Virus record (IMG/VR): IMGVR_UViG_3300024256_000012
Span: 1 to 51,973 of that record
DNA length: 51,973 nucleotides
Strand: one strand, 5' to 3'
Source: a virus
Taxonomy: Duplodnaviria > Caudoviricetes
The translations under genes and the position numbers were made by a program. Within the stretch, counting starts at the first letter, position 1; each line of letters begins with the position of its first letter. Shown in pieces: positions 1-8,790 of the stretch. The notes beneath the pieces were generated by a model. That model did no database searches and was not told where the DNA came from. It saw only the letters and a program-made list of their open reading frames with translations.

Positions 1-161
1 AAAGGAAAGACCTGAATAAACATCCCCACCTCTGACTGCACTTGAATTGAGGTTGATAGATTGGTCATCGTCATCCAGAAGAAAGTATGTACCTGAAAAG
101 TTAGTATCAACATCACCGAGTTTTATGAGAGGTGTATAATCTCCAGGGATTTCTCCAATAA
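1..161. repeat. Terminal direct repeat, left copy (circular-assembly overlap)
   Basis: Identical to 51813-51973 except G127 vs A51939, a synonymous Leu change (CTC/CTT) in the minus-strand fibre gene. Confidence 0.95.
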
Positions 162-1644
162 CACCAATAACATCACCTTCTTGGTTATAGAAATGTGTTG
201 AAGCACCGTATCCGAGAGAAGTTTCATTATTAAAGGTTATCATCCTGTTTGATGTAGGTGCTTCCCAATCATCGCCATAGTACAAACCAACTGATGTAAC
301 CCCTTGGCTATCACCTGATTCACGTACAACGTGATTCCATTTCTGTGTTTGTGCAGAGCCAAGAAAATCGTAATGGGTAATGTACCAGCCATCATCAGTC
401 GATGCGAGATACATGTTGTAATCCTTCGGAGTGTTATCACGACCAACACCCCAAACGAGATTTCCTTCATGGTAGTATCTTAGAGCACGAGAGCCAAGTT
501 CAGTCACATCAAGTTCAAGATAATACTGGTTATCAATAATGGCATCCCAGTCACCAATCTTAACTACACCACTTTCCCATTGGATTCCAGCTTCATCTCC
601 ATCAAATCCAGTAACAAACTTACTGGGTTGAAACCAAGCAGAAGTTTCCCCACCCACCTTCATCTCAATACGTTCAGTTGAATCATTTACTATGATGTGA
701 GTGCCATTCTCAACGGCATTGAAATCACCGAGATAGAATATGGAATTGGCAAAGTCAAAGTTCAAGCCTCTGGCCTCACCAGCATACCAAGTTTTAATAT
801 TTTCATTATCGTCATCCACGACAATATTGGTGCCATTATTATTTGAATCCCAGTCACCGAATTGGTAAAGGCCATTCGCGGTGTCGACATAAGCACCAGC
901 CTGATTACCAAATGTAGCAAGCTGAGTAGTATGAGAAGCATTCATATATGTAGCACCACCAGCAATAAGACTAATCTCATTAGCATTTGGTGAGATGATA
1001 TGTGTATCCCCACCACCATCTAAAAATAATGATAATCCCTGCGGGATAACCAAACCAGCAGCGTTGAGAAGTTCATCAAATGCAGCCTGTACTGTGACTG
1101 CGGAAAGATAACTTGTAGCAGGGTTGAAAGTTATCTCGTCAGCGTCAACAGAACTAACATGAACCCAAGCACTACCATCATACACAAAAGCTTGAGAATG
1201 ACCTGGTTCAATAGTTATAGTTTTATCAGCGACAACATCGAAGTTTTCTGTAGACATGTCATTGCTAACAACATAAAACTTTTTACCAGCCGTTGTGTCA
1301 GTCGGTGCCCCAATTGTATTCGAGACTCCAGCAAACGTACAAGTGATAATCGTTCCAAGGTAAGCATCCACGATAGCCGTAGCACAGCCCGCAGTATCAC
1401 CCGCATCATCGATGGTGTAGGTGGTCATAGGAAGGGATGACAAGGTCAACCCCCAGTATGCTGGGCTTGAGCTTGGCGTGTGGCCTACTCCAGCCTGAAT
1501 ACAAGTATATAATTGACCAGCATAGTTTACAATATCACCAACCGCATACCATTGCGCACCAGTGTACGTTCCAATAGCAGAACCCGACTTGGCGCCAAGA
1601 GTCCTATTGTTATGAACAACTTGCTCAATAGAAAAATTTTCCAT
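1..1644 (-). CDS. 5' part of a ~908-aa virion fibre/adhesin-like protein that continues across the circular junction into 51812-50730
   Basis: ATG at 1644 follows a GAGGAGTTTATC RBS. The frame is open to base 1 (MENFSIEQVVHNN...PLIKLGDVD...GLSF) and in frame with the 50730..51791 ORF. It has an N-terminal CBM5/12-like motif (WYAVGDIVNYAGQLYTCIQ...PSSSPAYW). The ORF track misses it because no stop falls inside the window. Confidence 0.85.
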   Translation of the reverse strand, partial: MENFSIEQVVHNNRTLGAKSGSAIGTYTGAQWYAVGDIVNYAGQLYTCIQAGVGHTPSSSPAYWGLTLSSLPMTTYTIDDAGDTAGCATAIVDAYLGTIITCTFAGVSNTIGAPTDTTAGKKFYVVSNDMSTENFDVVADKTITIEPGHSQAFVYDGSAWVHVSSVDADEITFNPATSYLSAVTVQAAFDELLNAAGLVIPQGLSLFLDGGGDTHIISPNANEISLIAGGATYMNASHTTQLATFGNQAGAYVDTANGLYQFGDWDSNNNGTNIVVDDDNENIKTWYAGEARGLNFDFANSIFYLGDFNAVENGTHIIVNDSTERIEMKVGGETSAWFQPSKFVTGFDGDEAGIQWESGVVKIGDWDAIIDNQYYLELDVTELGSRALRYYHEGNLVWGVGRDNTPKDYNMYLASTDDGWYITHYDFLGSAQTQKWNHVVRESGDSQGVTSVGLYYGDDWEAPTSNRMITFNNETSLGYGASTHFYNQEGDVIGVIGEIPGDYTPLIKLGDVDTNFSGTYFLLDDDDQSINLNSSAVRGGDVYSGLSF

Positions 1645-1664
1645 GATAAACTCCTCAACCTAGT

Positions 1665-2030
1665 TTATTGCTGAAGGACTCTTACAGCTTGCGCAGCGAC
1701 ACTTGTCAAAGGCTTAACATGTAAGTGTAATTGAACAGTGGGATTCCCAACTTGAATACCTTTAGGAATTTTGATAGCATAAACTTCTCCCCCACCACCA
1801 TTGAGAACCATATCATTGGAAGTATCAATAGCAGTCGCAGCCCCATCATCGATCAAAACATAAATGTCCAGATCAGGTCTGAGAGTTATAACAGTTGTGT
1901 CTAGGTCAATCGCTAGATCATCTTGAACACCCAAACTAATATCGAGAGCTGGTGTTGGCGACCAATCGCCACCGAAGGCACCAAGACTTACTGCATCTTG
2001 GGTTACAAAAACATGTTTTCTTAAACTCAT
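1665..2030 (-). CDS. Hypothetical virion-associated protein
   Basis: 121 aa with a GAGGAG RBS, beta-rich, located in the head/fibre operon. Confidence 0.7.
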   Translation of the reverse strand: MSLRKHVFVTQDAVSLGAFGGDWSPTPALDISLGVQDDLAIDLDTTVITLRPDLDIYVLIDDGAATAIDTSNDMVLNGGGGEVYAIKIPKGIQVGNPTVQLHLHVKPLTSVAAQAVRVLQQ

Positions 2031-2051
2031 TGTTGCTGTCTCCTCTTGTTA

Positions 2052-2079
2052 ATTATTACAGCTTGTACCCTATTGTCAA
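2052..2079 (-). promoter_or_regulatory. Possible sigma70-type promoter
   Basis: TTGACA-N16-AATAAT on the minus strand, just upstream of the RBS of 1665..2030. Confidence 0.35.
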
Positions 2080-2106
2080 AGCTTTGCCTTCGGTGGCGTG
2101 CTAAAA

Positions 2107-2568
2107 CTATTTTGTGTTAATCTTTTCCTTGATCAATTTCCAGATGTAAGACTTTTTCTGAGTTTTGTTTAGCTCTTTATAGTCAGCTTGATCTTTGTCT
2201 GGAATTAAAACATCATTCTTATCAGCCCACTTCTCTAAGTCTTTCAACTTCCAATTATAATTGGGGTCATCTTCCTTAGTTTGTTTGGGCGTGATCGTAG
2301 GCTTGGCAACGAAGTTGGACATGCGATTTTGATACTCTTCTAACATCTCCTTGACTCCTTCTCCACCCTTCAGAATTTCCCAACGAGTCGGCATGTCGAG
2401 CAATAACTGATATGCTTGCTCTTCTGAGACTTTGATAAAACAAGTTTGGGGGTGATCGATGTCGCAATAATTTCCATCACCTCTGTACTTGACCTGCATA
2501 TCTTTTCGGCTATCACCGCCAACCCATTTCAATTCTACAATATGATTTTTCTTATCGGTCATTTTCAA
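2107..2568 (-). CDS. Hypothetical protein with possible C-terminal Rho-N/HeH-like helical motif
   Basis: 153 aa with a GAAGGA RBS. WKLKDLEKWADKNDV resembles small helical domains often encoded after capsid genes. Confidence 0.6.
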   Translation of the reverse strand: MKMTDKKNHIVELKWVGGDSRKDMQVKYRGDGNYCDIDHPQTCFIKVSEEQAYQLLLDMPTRWEILKGGEGVKEMLEEYQNRMSNFVAKPTITPKQTKEDDPNYNWKLKDLEKWADKNDVLIPDKDQADYKELNKTQKKSYIWKLIKEKINTK

Positions 2569-2585
2569 TATCCTTCGCTATGATA

Positions 2586-2662
2586 AAGGCACCACGGCAG
2601 GGCTGGAAAGGAGAACCAAACCAACCCATACCATGTCACCGAAGGAACCACGTGGTGTCCTT
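2586..2662 (-). ncRNA. Candidate structured RNA element (three-way junction)
   Basis: Outer stem AAGG(A)CACCACG/CGTGGTGCCTT, a side hairpin with a cUUCGg loop, and a second hairpin GGTATGGGTTGG/CCAGCCCTGCC whose loop contains TCTCCTTT. Confidence 0.4.
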
Positions 2663-2674
2663 CGTCATCGGTTA

Positions 2675-3745
2675 TTAATCAGAAGCAGCAGACATTACAT
2701 AAGCTACAAAGATATCATCACCCTGTTCGGCTCCAGTTTCGAGCGCAATACAGAATCCATTTTCAGTAGCAGCACCAGTAACATCGGTCAGCAGAGCATT
2801 CGCAGTTCCACTTACCCATTCCAGAGCATCACCGACAGTCGCAGCAGCATTCAATCGAGCAATACCAATACGGACAGCGCCAACAAACTGGCCCCATTCA
2901 TCTCTCTTCGCTGTACCTAGAGCAGAAGCAGCTCCCAGATATACAGTGCCAAGAGTTTCTGGATCAGCAGCACCAGTTATAAGTCCGTCAATAGTCCACT
3001 TGGCCAAGTTTCCTTCAACCAGAGTAGTTCCAGACTTGATAGGAAAGCTGGCACCATAAGCAGGACCAACGCCATCTGAAATCAGATAACGAATGATATC
3101 ATCATACTGTACATAATCACCAACATCAGCATTCTCTGAATAGAATCGAACAGCTTCAATTTTATCCAAAGGAATAGCAGCCCCACCCGAAGAAACAAGG
3201 AAGGCACTCAAGGCAAATTGAGCCCATTGGTGAGCAGTCGCTACAGTCGCTGGAACATTCTGTTGTGTCGATACTTGACCACCATTATACTCAAGGGCAA
3301 TTTTCATATCTCCAGCAACATTATAATCACCAGCATTGGCAGTATGATTCCAGAAGCCAATATATTTGGTATCATTCCAATCCATCTGAGCTAAATGCCC
3401 AGCTGTTGGAATCGGCACCGACTCGTTTATGTACGCAAGCCGTACATATTGGCTGCCATCCGTAGCAGCCGTGTTAACGAGCTTCATACAGTTAGTGCCA
3501 ACCCTTTTACCAGCAGCAGCAGCAGCAACGATATCAAAGACACCACTATCGCTTTCAGTAATTCCATTCACGCTTTCACAATCGAAAACTTGAACCACAT
3601 AATTCAATCCCGCACCCAGCATGATACGTTCTAGCAGGGCAGCGAAGCTCTGTTCAGCGTCACTGGGATTATCGAGAGCAGGTACACCATAGGTGCGCAG
3701 TTGCTCGATACTTGGACCAGGTCTTGAAGCTTTAACAAGTTTCAT
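2675..3745 (-). CDS. Putative capsid decoration/cement protein with inserted beta-sandwich domain
   Basis: Directly downstream of the major capsid gene. The C-terminal ~100 aa (AAATVGDALEW...GFCIALETGAEQGDDIFV) resemble DUF2190-type decoration proteins, and the centre resembles a carbohydrate-binding jelly-roll. Confidence 0.55.
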   Translation of the reverse strand: MKLVKASRPGPSIEQLRTYGVPALDNPSDAEQSFAALLERIMLGAGLNYVVQVFDCESVNGITESDSGVFDIVAAAAAGKRVGTNCMKLVNTAATDGSQYVRLAYINESVPIPTAGHLAQMDWNDTKYIGFWNHTANAGDYNVAGDMKIALEYNGGQVSTQQNVPATVATAHQWAQFALSAFLVSSGGAAIPLDKIEAVRFYSENADVGDYVQYDDIIRYLISDGVGPAYGASFPIKSGTTLVEGNLAKWTIDGLITGAADPETLGTVYLGAASALGTAKRDEWGQFVGAVRIGIARLNAAATVGDALEWVSGTANALLTDVTGAATENGFCIALETGAEQGDDIFVAYVMSAASD

Positions 3746-3787
3746 TTTTCTTACTCCTTTTTACATTTTCATTTATGTTTTATTATT

Positions 3788-3831
3788 AAAACTAAAAACA
3801 AGCGCAGGGTGAGTTTTAAGTCACCCCACGC
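3788..3831 (-). terminator. Intrinsic terminator-like hairpin after the major capsid gene
   Basis: GCGTGGGGTGAC...CTCACCCTGCGC stem followed by TTGTTTTTAGTTTT on the minus strand. Confidence 0.6.
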
Positions 3832-3843
3832 AATTAATAAAAC

Positions 3844-5388
3844 TCAACCAGAAGTTAAGTTGTAACCGATACCTACAGAAGCTTCATCAGACCCAGGAAC
3901 ATTAACACGTTCAAAGTCATTTCTGCGAGAGGCAACAGCGACATTTTGGAGAGACTCGATATCACGAGCAGTTTCCATCTTCATGCCACCAGCTTTGTCA
4001 CCAGTCCAGTGAGCTTTCGTATTGGCTAACAATATCTCAGTTTTGGTCATCGTGGTACCATCATAAACACCAGAGGCATTCAAGTCTTGACGAATAAACT
4101 CAGACACGACAACAGGAGCGCCATCAAACATAGCTAGTGTACCAGCCTTGGCTGTAAATCCTGGACCCCACTTGTCCATTGTTAAAACTTCAGTCAGGCC
4201 TAACATCTGAACATATCCAGAGATTCCAGTCAACCAAGCAAGGTCAGAAGGATTAACACCGAAGCGACCCATTGCTTTGCGAATAGCACGCAGGTTGGCA
4301 GTACTCAGAGTTGAGATATTTACAGCAGCTTCTCCAGCAGAGTTTCCTGAGAAGTAGCGCAGACCATAATAGGATTTGTTAACATCAGTTCCAGCAGTGA
4401 CATCTGAATCCATATGAGTCGAATCAATATCGCCATTCAGGATAGCAGTTTCAGCTGCATCGCTGATAGCTTGGATAAGCTCTTCACGGACTAGAGGAAA
4501 CATAGCAATTGCAGAGTCCTCAGTGATATCATCGGACCACAGCATGCGAAGAGCATGGGTGATCATACTGAAGGAAGCTTTGCCAGTAGGAGGTGTAGCA
4601 GTTCCTACCTTAGAAGGGCTATCAGTAGTTGGCTCACCTGTCAGATAAGCAGCTTGACGAGCACCACGCTTTGGAACGTCCATTGTACCAACGCCCATAG
4701 GCACTGTCAGGTTAGGAAACAACCCAGCAACTCTCAAGGCTAAACGAATGTCATCAATCAACTGATTTGATAATTGAGTCGGAACAAATTCAGCTCCAGT
4801 ACCAACGCCAGTCGTTGATAAAGCTTTCTGGTGTTCTGGCCAGTTATCAAGAGCACGTTTCAGATGTGGCTTCTCTGCTAGCTCGTAGCTGAAAAGCTTA
4901 TAAGAATCGATGCCAGTTACAGTGTTGTAATAAGAGGTGGGCTCACCCTTCATAGCTGAGTTTAAACTCTTAAACATAGCATACAGATACAGAGCGTCAT
5001 TCATATTGGCTACATCTTTTGCAACCTCATAAGACTCGCCATTGCGATGCCATCCTTTGGCACGTGTCCATTCGGTCTGAGACCGATACAGCGCACGTGT
5101 TACTGGATCAGAATAACCATGGAGCTGATAAATCTTGGGCTCTTTTAATACTACGTCAAAAACACTTCGTGTTTGCTCTTCCTGAGCAGCCCGAATTTCA
5201 GCCAGACCCACTTCAACATTTTCCAGCGCAGTCTTGTTAGAAGTTAGAACTTCTTCCAGATCAGTTTCGATCTTGACTTGTCGCTCTTGCATACCACCGA
5301 CAGAATCCTGCACGGCTTGTAGAGCTGTCTGACCTTCCTTGCTTATCGCAATGATTTGTTCAGCTTGCTCTTTGGTGATTTCACTCAT
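3844..5388 (-). CDS. Major capsid protein, HK97 fold, with N-terminal scaffold/delta-like region
   Basis: N-terminal coiled coil; ALSTTGVGTGAEFVPTQLSNQLIDDIR, AETAILNGD and GTLAMFDGAPVVVSEF motifs; follows the protease gene. Confidence 0.92.
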   Translation of the reverse strand: MSEITKEQAEQIIAISKEGQTALQAVQDSVGGMQERQVKIETDLEEVLTSNKTALENVEVGLAEIRAAQEEQTRSVFDVVLKEPKIYQLHGYSDPVTRALYRSQTEWTRAKGWHRNGESYEVAKDVANMNDALYLYAMFKSLNSAMKGEPTSYYNTVTGIDSYKLFSYELAEKPHLKRALDNWPEHQKALSTTGVGTGAEFVPTQLSNQLIDDIRLALRVAGLFPNLTVPMGVGTMDVPKRGARQAAYLTGEPTTDSPSKVGTATPPTGKASFSMITHALRMLWSDDITEDSAIAMFPLVREELIQAISDAAETAILNGDIDSTHMDSDVTAGTDVNKSYYGLRYFSGNSAGEAAVNISTLSTANLRAIRKAMGRFGVNPSDLAWLTGISGYVQMLGLTEVLTMDKWGPGFTAKAGTLAMFDGAPVVVSEFIRQDLNASGVYDGTTMTKTEILLANTKAHWTGDKAGGMKMETARDIESLQNVAVASRRNDFERVNVPGSDEASVGIGYNLTSG

Positions 5389-5433
5389 GTGTAATTTCCT
5401 TTCTGAGTTTTATCAGGTTTGTTTTATCACCGA

Positions 5434-6273
5434 TCATGAATTGACAGAAGCGACAATTTGTTCACTGGTTTGCTTCATCAACTTCAATGTTTCCATTAAT
5501 TCATCAGCAGTCTCATAAGACATCACGACAACTGGTGCTTCTTCTTCTTCTTCTGGAGGAGGATTATCAACCTTGAGTTGATCTTCAAGGCTTATAACTC
5601 TCCCACGTAATTCTTTCAATGTATCTATAACATAAGGGTCAGAACCTATGTCTTTGGCATAGTCTAGATCGTCATCATCAAAAGCATAAAACCTTTCAAT
5701 CAGCTGATCCATTTCGCCCATAGACTCTTCCCCAAATTGTTCCTTGATAGCTCCACGCAATTCATTAAACTCTCTTTTGGCTAGAGAGGAAACGAGAGCA
5801 GGGATAACAACCCCACTAAACTCCATCAGCTCCCACTTGGTAAAGGTTACACCAGTCTGTCCCTTGATTGGCTTCTCTTTTGATATCTCTAGAGCTTTAA
5901 AACCTATCGAGCCAGCGTTCAAGAATCCTTTGCGATACTTCCCAGCCAGCATTGTAGCGAAGACATCAGAACCATCTTCATCAAAAAGGATAGGAGCATC
6001 AAAAGCTTTCTTTGTAATCTTCGCACCCTCCAGAAGAGTTTTGCCAATAGGCAACTTGCCTCTGAATAGATCGTATCCATGCTGGAATAAAACTATGGGG
6101 TTGGTTGCGTAGTTATCTAGAAACACTCCATCAGGGATAACCACCTCACCATATCGGTCAACCTTCTTCTCAGTCAATCGAAACATAATGGGGTCACCGA
6201 CTTCGCCAGCCTTCTCTATAACTTGGGACATACCAATCTTAGGTATCAGATCACCAGCTTTGTATTCATGCAT
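5434..6273 (-). CDS. Prohead maturation protease (HK97 family)
   Basis: DRYGEVV, NPIVLFQH, PIGK, LNAGSIGF and ELMEFSGV motifs; lies between portal and capsid genes. Confidence 0.9.
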   Translation of the reverse strand: MHEYKAGDLIPKIGMSQVIEKAGEVGDPIMFRLTEKKVDRYGEVVIPDGVFLDNYATNPIVLFQHGYDLFRGKLPIGKTLLEGAKITKKAFDAPILFDEDGSDVFATMLAGKYRKGFLNAGSIGFKALEISKEKPIKGQTGVTFTKWELMEFSGVVIPALVSSLAKREFNELRGAIKEQFGEESMGEMDQLIERFYAFDDDDLDYAKDIGSDPYVIDTLKELRGRVISLEDQLKVDNPPPEEEEEAPVVVMSYETADELMETLKLMKQTSEQIVASVNS

Positions 6274-6275
6274 TG

Positions 6276-8480
6276 TTAAAACTCCTTCTTTGCCCTGATA
6301 GGGATTTCAAAACAGCGTTCATTAACAGAGCTTGGAAAGTCTAGACTGTATCCATCGGCATAGCCGTGGTCACCCCAACTCTCCTTCCCATCTGCTTTAA
6401 TAGTTTTGCCTTCGAGAGCACTATGAGAATCACGCACAGCTCCATCTCTCTGAGTTGACCACATCTTCTTGTTAACCTTCTTCGACTTAACCATGACGTG
6501 AGATCGGCTCGCATTAGCAGCCCCCACCATTTCTGTCCTAGCTATTCGGACAGCTCTCATGGCAGCGTTGTTGGTATAATACTTTTGAATTTTATCAGCA
6601 AGCGTGGCGACAGTCCAGCCATCAGATAAGCCTTGGGCCACTAGAGCGTTCACCCTGAGCTGAGTCGTTTCGTTTACAACAGTAGCATACTCAGTAGCTC
6701 GTTGCGCAATAAACGCTTTTGAGATCGCATCTATGACATAGACTTCTCCCAACTCCTTAGACATACTGATGCCAGCTAGCCTTACAGCCTCAGCTATATG
6801 GGGCTGGCCACTCTTCTTAAACTCCTTCACCCAATAGGCGAAATTAAAACTTGCACCTTCGACTGAATATTTCAAATCGACTTTAAGCTCATCATCATAT
6901 ACAGGCTCATCGAGCTTCTTAAAACTCAGCCCAACATCCTTACAGAATCCCTCAAGGGTCAATAGTTTATTCGAGTTTACATTCGCCAGCACTTCCTTCT
7001 CCTGACGCTCAAATAGTTTGTTAAGAGTTTTCTCAAACTTCTTACCCTCCTTGATAGCTATCTGCATAATCACGCCATGCGCATTTGCCTTAGCAATCCT
7101 GAGCTTCATATCCTTGTCCTGCTGGCCGATAGCCTTTTGACTTCGCTCAAGCCAGCCATCCAGACCTTCCCACTTGTCCAGCCCTTCCTTCATTCGCTCT
7201 AGAGCTTTATCAGGATCATCACCACCGACATCCGAAGCGTCAGCCCCAGCGTCAGCTATTGGGACTACATTCAACGGCACATAGTAGCTATCCATGCCAG
7301 CTTCGGTTGATGGGTCATCACCTAAGACCTTTGTAATGAAGTCATTAGGAGTAACACCGCCCATACCAAATCCAGTTTTAAGTATCGTGGACAACTTCTC
7401 CTTATCAGCTTGAAGTTCCTTAACATCGCTCATATCGAAACGAAAGCGAATATCAGTTTGGCTTGAGATTCTAGGAAGCAGTTGTTCAGTGAATATTTGA
7501 TTCAACTTTTCTGTCCAGCTATTGATGGTAACAGTCCAGAAAGTTTTAATTTGAGTTTCAGCGTTTGATAAAACAGAAGCTTCTTTATATTGTCCCATTA
7601 AGATCGGAGGAACACCAAAGACTTCTCGCACCACATCCTTACTCCACTGGCGTTGTTCGAGATATTGCATGTCTGTATTCGATAAGCTTATTTGAGTCCA
7701 GTCCATCCCGTGAGACAGAAGCATAGGCCGACCAGTATTTGTTTTGCCGAAGTACTGCTCAGCGATATGTGTCTTGAGTCTCTTCCAAACCTTATCATCC
7801 ATCTTCTGATCAGTTTTAAAAACACCAGAAGGTCTTGCCCCAAGCTTAAACATAACTTGCTGAGCTTCCACAGAATCAATATCGACTATGATATCAGAAG
7901 CAGCAGCAGACAGAGGAGACAGCCCACGCACTGGATTAAGAGGGTTGAAAGTTTTAAGGAAGAACATATCATCAGCATCTATTCGGACTCGCTTGCCTGA
8001 AGCTATGAACTCATAGTATCCAACTTCAAAGTCGTTGATTGGAAACACTTCGATAAAACTGGGGCTGATAGGATACATTTGTTCGATGATCCCACCAGCC
8101 GTGTTCTTCAACAACCAAGGAGACTCTCCAGTTGAGAGTAGGTACACCAGAGCAGCTTCCCAGAAGTCGTATCTGGTTTGGAACTCATTATATGTTTTAA
8201 AGATTTGGAACTCAGGATTGTCTGAAACGTCTTGATACTCATCGCCAACTTTGCGCTCGATTATAACAGGCAACCCAGCGATAGCTAGAGCGATAACATT
8301 AATGGCCTTGTACACATAACTGACAGTTTGATAAGTCTCTTGATAATCTGTCGTATGCTCTGGTGGCTTAACACCCTGACCGCCAAAGCTTGTTTGCTGC
8401 TGATATCGAGCTAGGTCATCCACCTGTCTAATTAAAAGTGGCAGATTGTTAGCGTGACGAATGGCATCAAATAAATCCAT
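6276..8480 (-). CDS. Portal protein (HK97 family) fused to a Mu gpF/SPP1 gp7-like head morphogenesis domain
   Basis: Portal motifs VYKAINVIA, RGLSPL, FKLGARPSGV and VFGVPPILMG; C-terminal RAVRIARTE...KKMWSTQRDGAVRDSH...NERC. Confidence 0.9.
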   Translation of the reverse strand: MDLFDAIRHANNLPLLIRQVDDLARYQQQTSFGGQGVKPPEHTTDYQETYQTVSYVYKAINVIALAIAGLPVIIERKVGDEYQDVSDNPEFQIFKTYNEFQTRYDFWEAALVYLLSTGESPWLLKNTAGGIIEQMYPISPSFIEVFPINDFEVGYYEFIASGKRVRIDADDMFFLKTFNPLNPVRGLSPLSAAASDIIVDIDSVEAQQVMFKLGARPSGVFKTDQKMDDKVWKRLKTHIAEQYFGKTNTGRPMLLSHGMDWTQISLSNTDMQYLEQRQWSKDVVREVFGVPPILMGQYKEASVLSNAETQIKTFWTVTINSWTEKLNQIFTEQLLPRISSQTDIRFRFDMSDVKELQADKEKLSTILKTGFGMGGVTPNDFITKVLGDDPSTEAGMDSYYVPLNVVPIADAGADASDVGGDDPDKALERMKEGLDKWEGLDGWLERSQKAIGQQDKDMKLRIAKANAHGVIMQIAIKEGKKFEKTLNKLFERQEKEVLANVNSNKLLTLEGFCKDVGLSFKKLDEPVYDDELKVDLKYSVEGASFNFAYWVKEFKKSGQPHIAEAVRLAGISMSKELGEVYVIDAISKAFIAQRATEYATVVNETTQLRVNALVAQGLSDGWTVATLADKIQKYYTNNAAMRAVRIARTEMVGAANASRSHVMVKSKKVNKKMWSTQRDGAVRDSHSALEGKTIKADGKESWGDHGYADGYSLDFPSSVNERCFEIPIRAKKEF

Positions 8481-8679
8481 AAAGATTCACCCCAATATAT
8501 AATAGGCTTAATAAGATAAATAATACAGGAAATGTATTGCCGTGAGTGATAAGAAGCTTTGTAGCAAATGGCAGTTTTGTAAATGTACCCTTGTCAACCT
8601 TCGTTGTTAGTGAGAAGTAGTACGACCCAAAGCCGAATGCTAAGTATATCATCACCCATAAAATAGATAGAAACTCCAT
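8467..8679 (-). CDS. Small two-TM membrane protein
   Basis: Two hydrophobic segments, AGGAG RBS, overlaps the portal start. Confidence 0.65.
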   Translation of the reverse strand: MEFLSILWVMIYLAFGFGSYYFSLTTKVDKGTFTKLPFATKLLITHGNTFPVLFILLSLLYIGVNLYGFI

Positions 8680-8790
8680 GTTATTAAAACTCCTTCAGTG
8701 GTCCTTCTTTGTTTTGCTTTAAGATTTATTTGCTGCTATAAATATTGAACTTATGACGCTTTTGTTTCAAAAACTTAATTTCTGAACAGT

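Noticed and set aside
1-161. Terminal repeat as a diversity-generating retroelement TR/VR pair or a true DTR
   Set aside because: Only one synonymous mismatch, no reverse transcriptase in the genome, and the repeat falls mid-gene. It is best explained as circular assembly overlap.
240-1440. Short ORFs 240..470, 1159..1440 and 1215..1409
   Set aside because: All lie inside the long junction-spanning fibre gene, in other frames or on the other strand.
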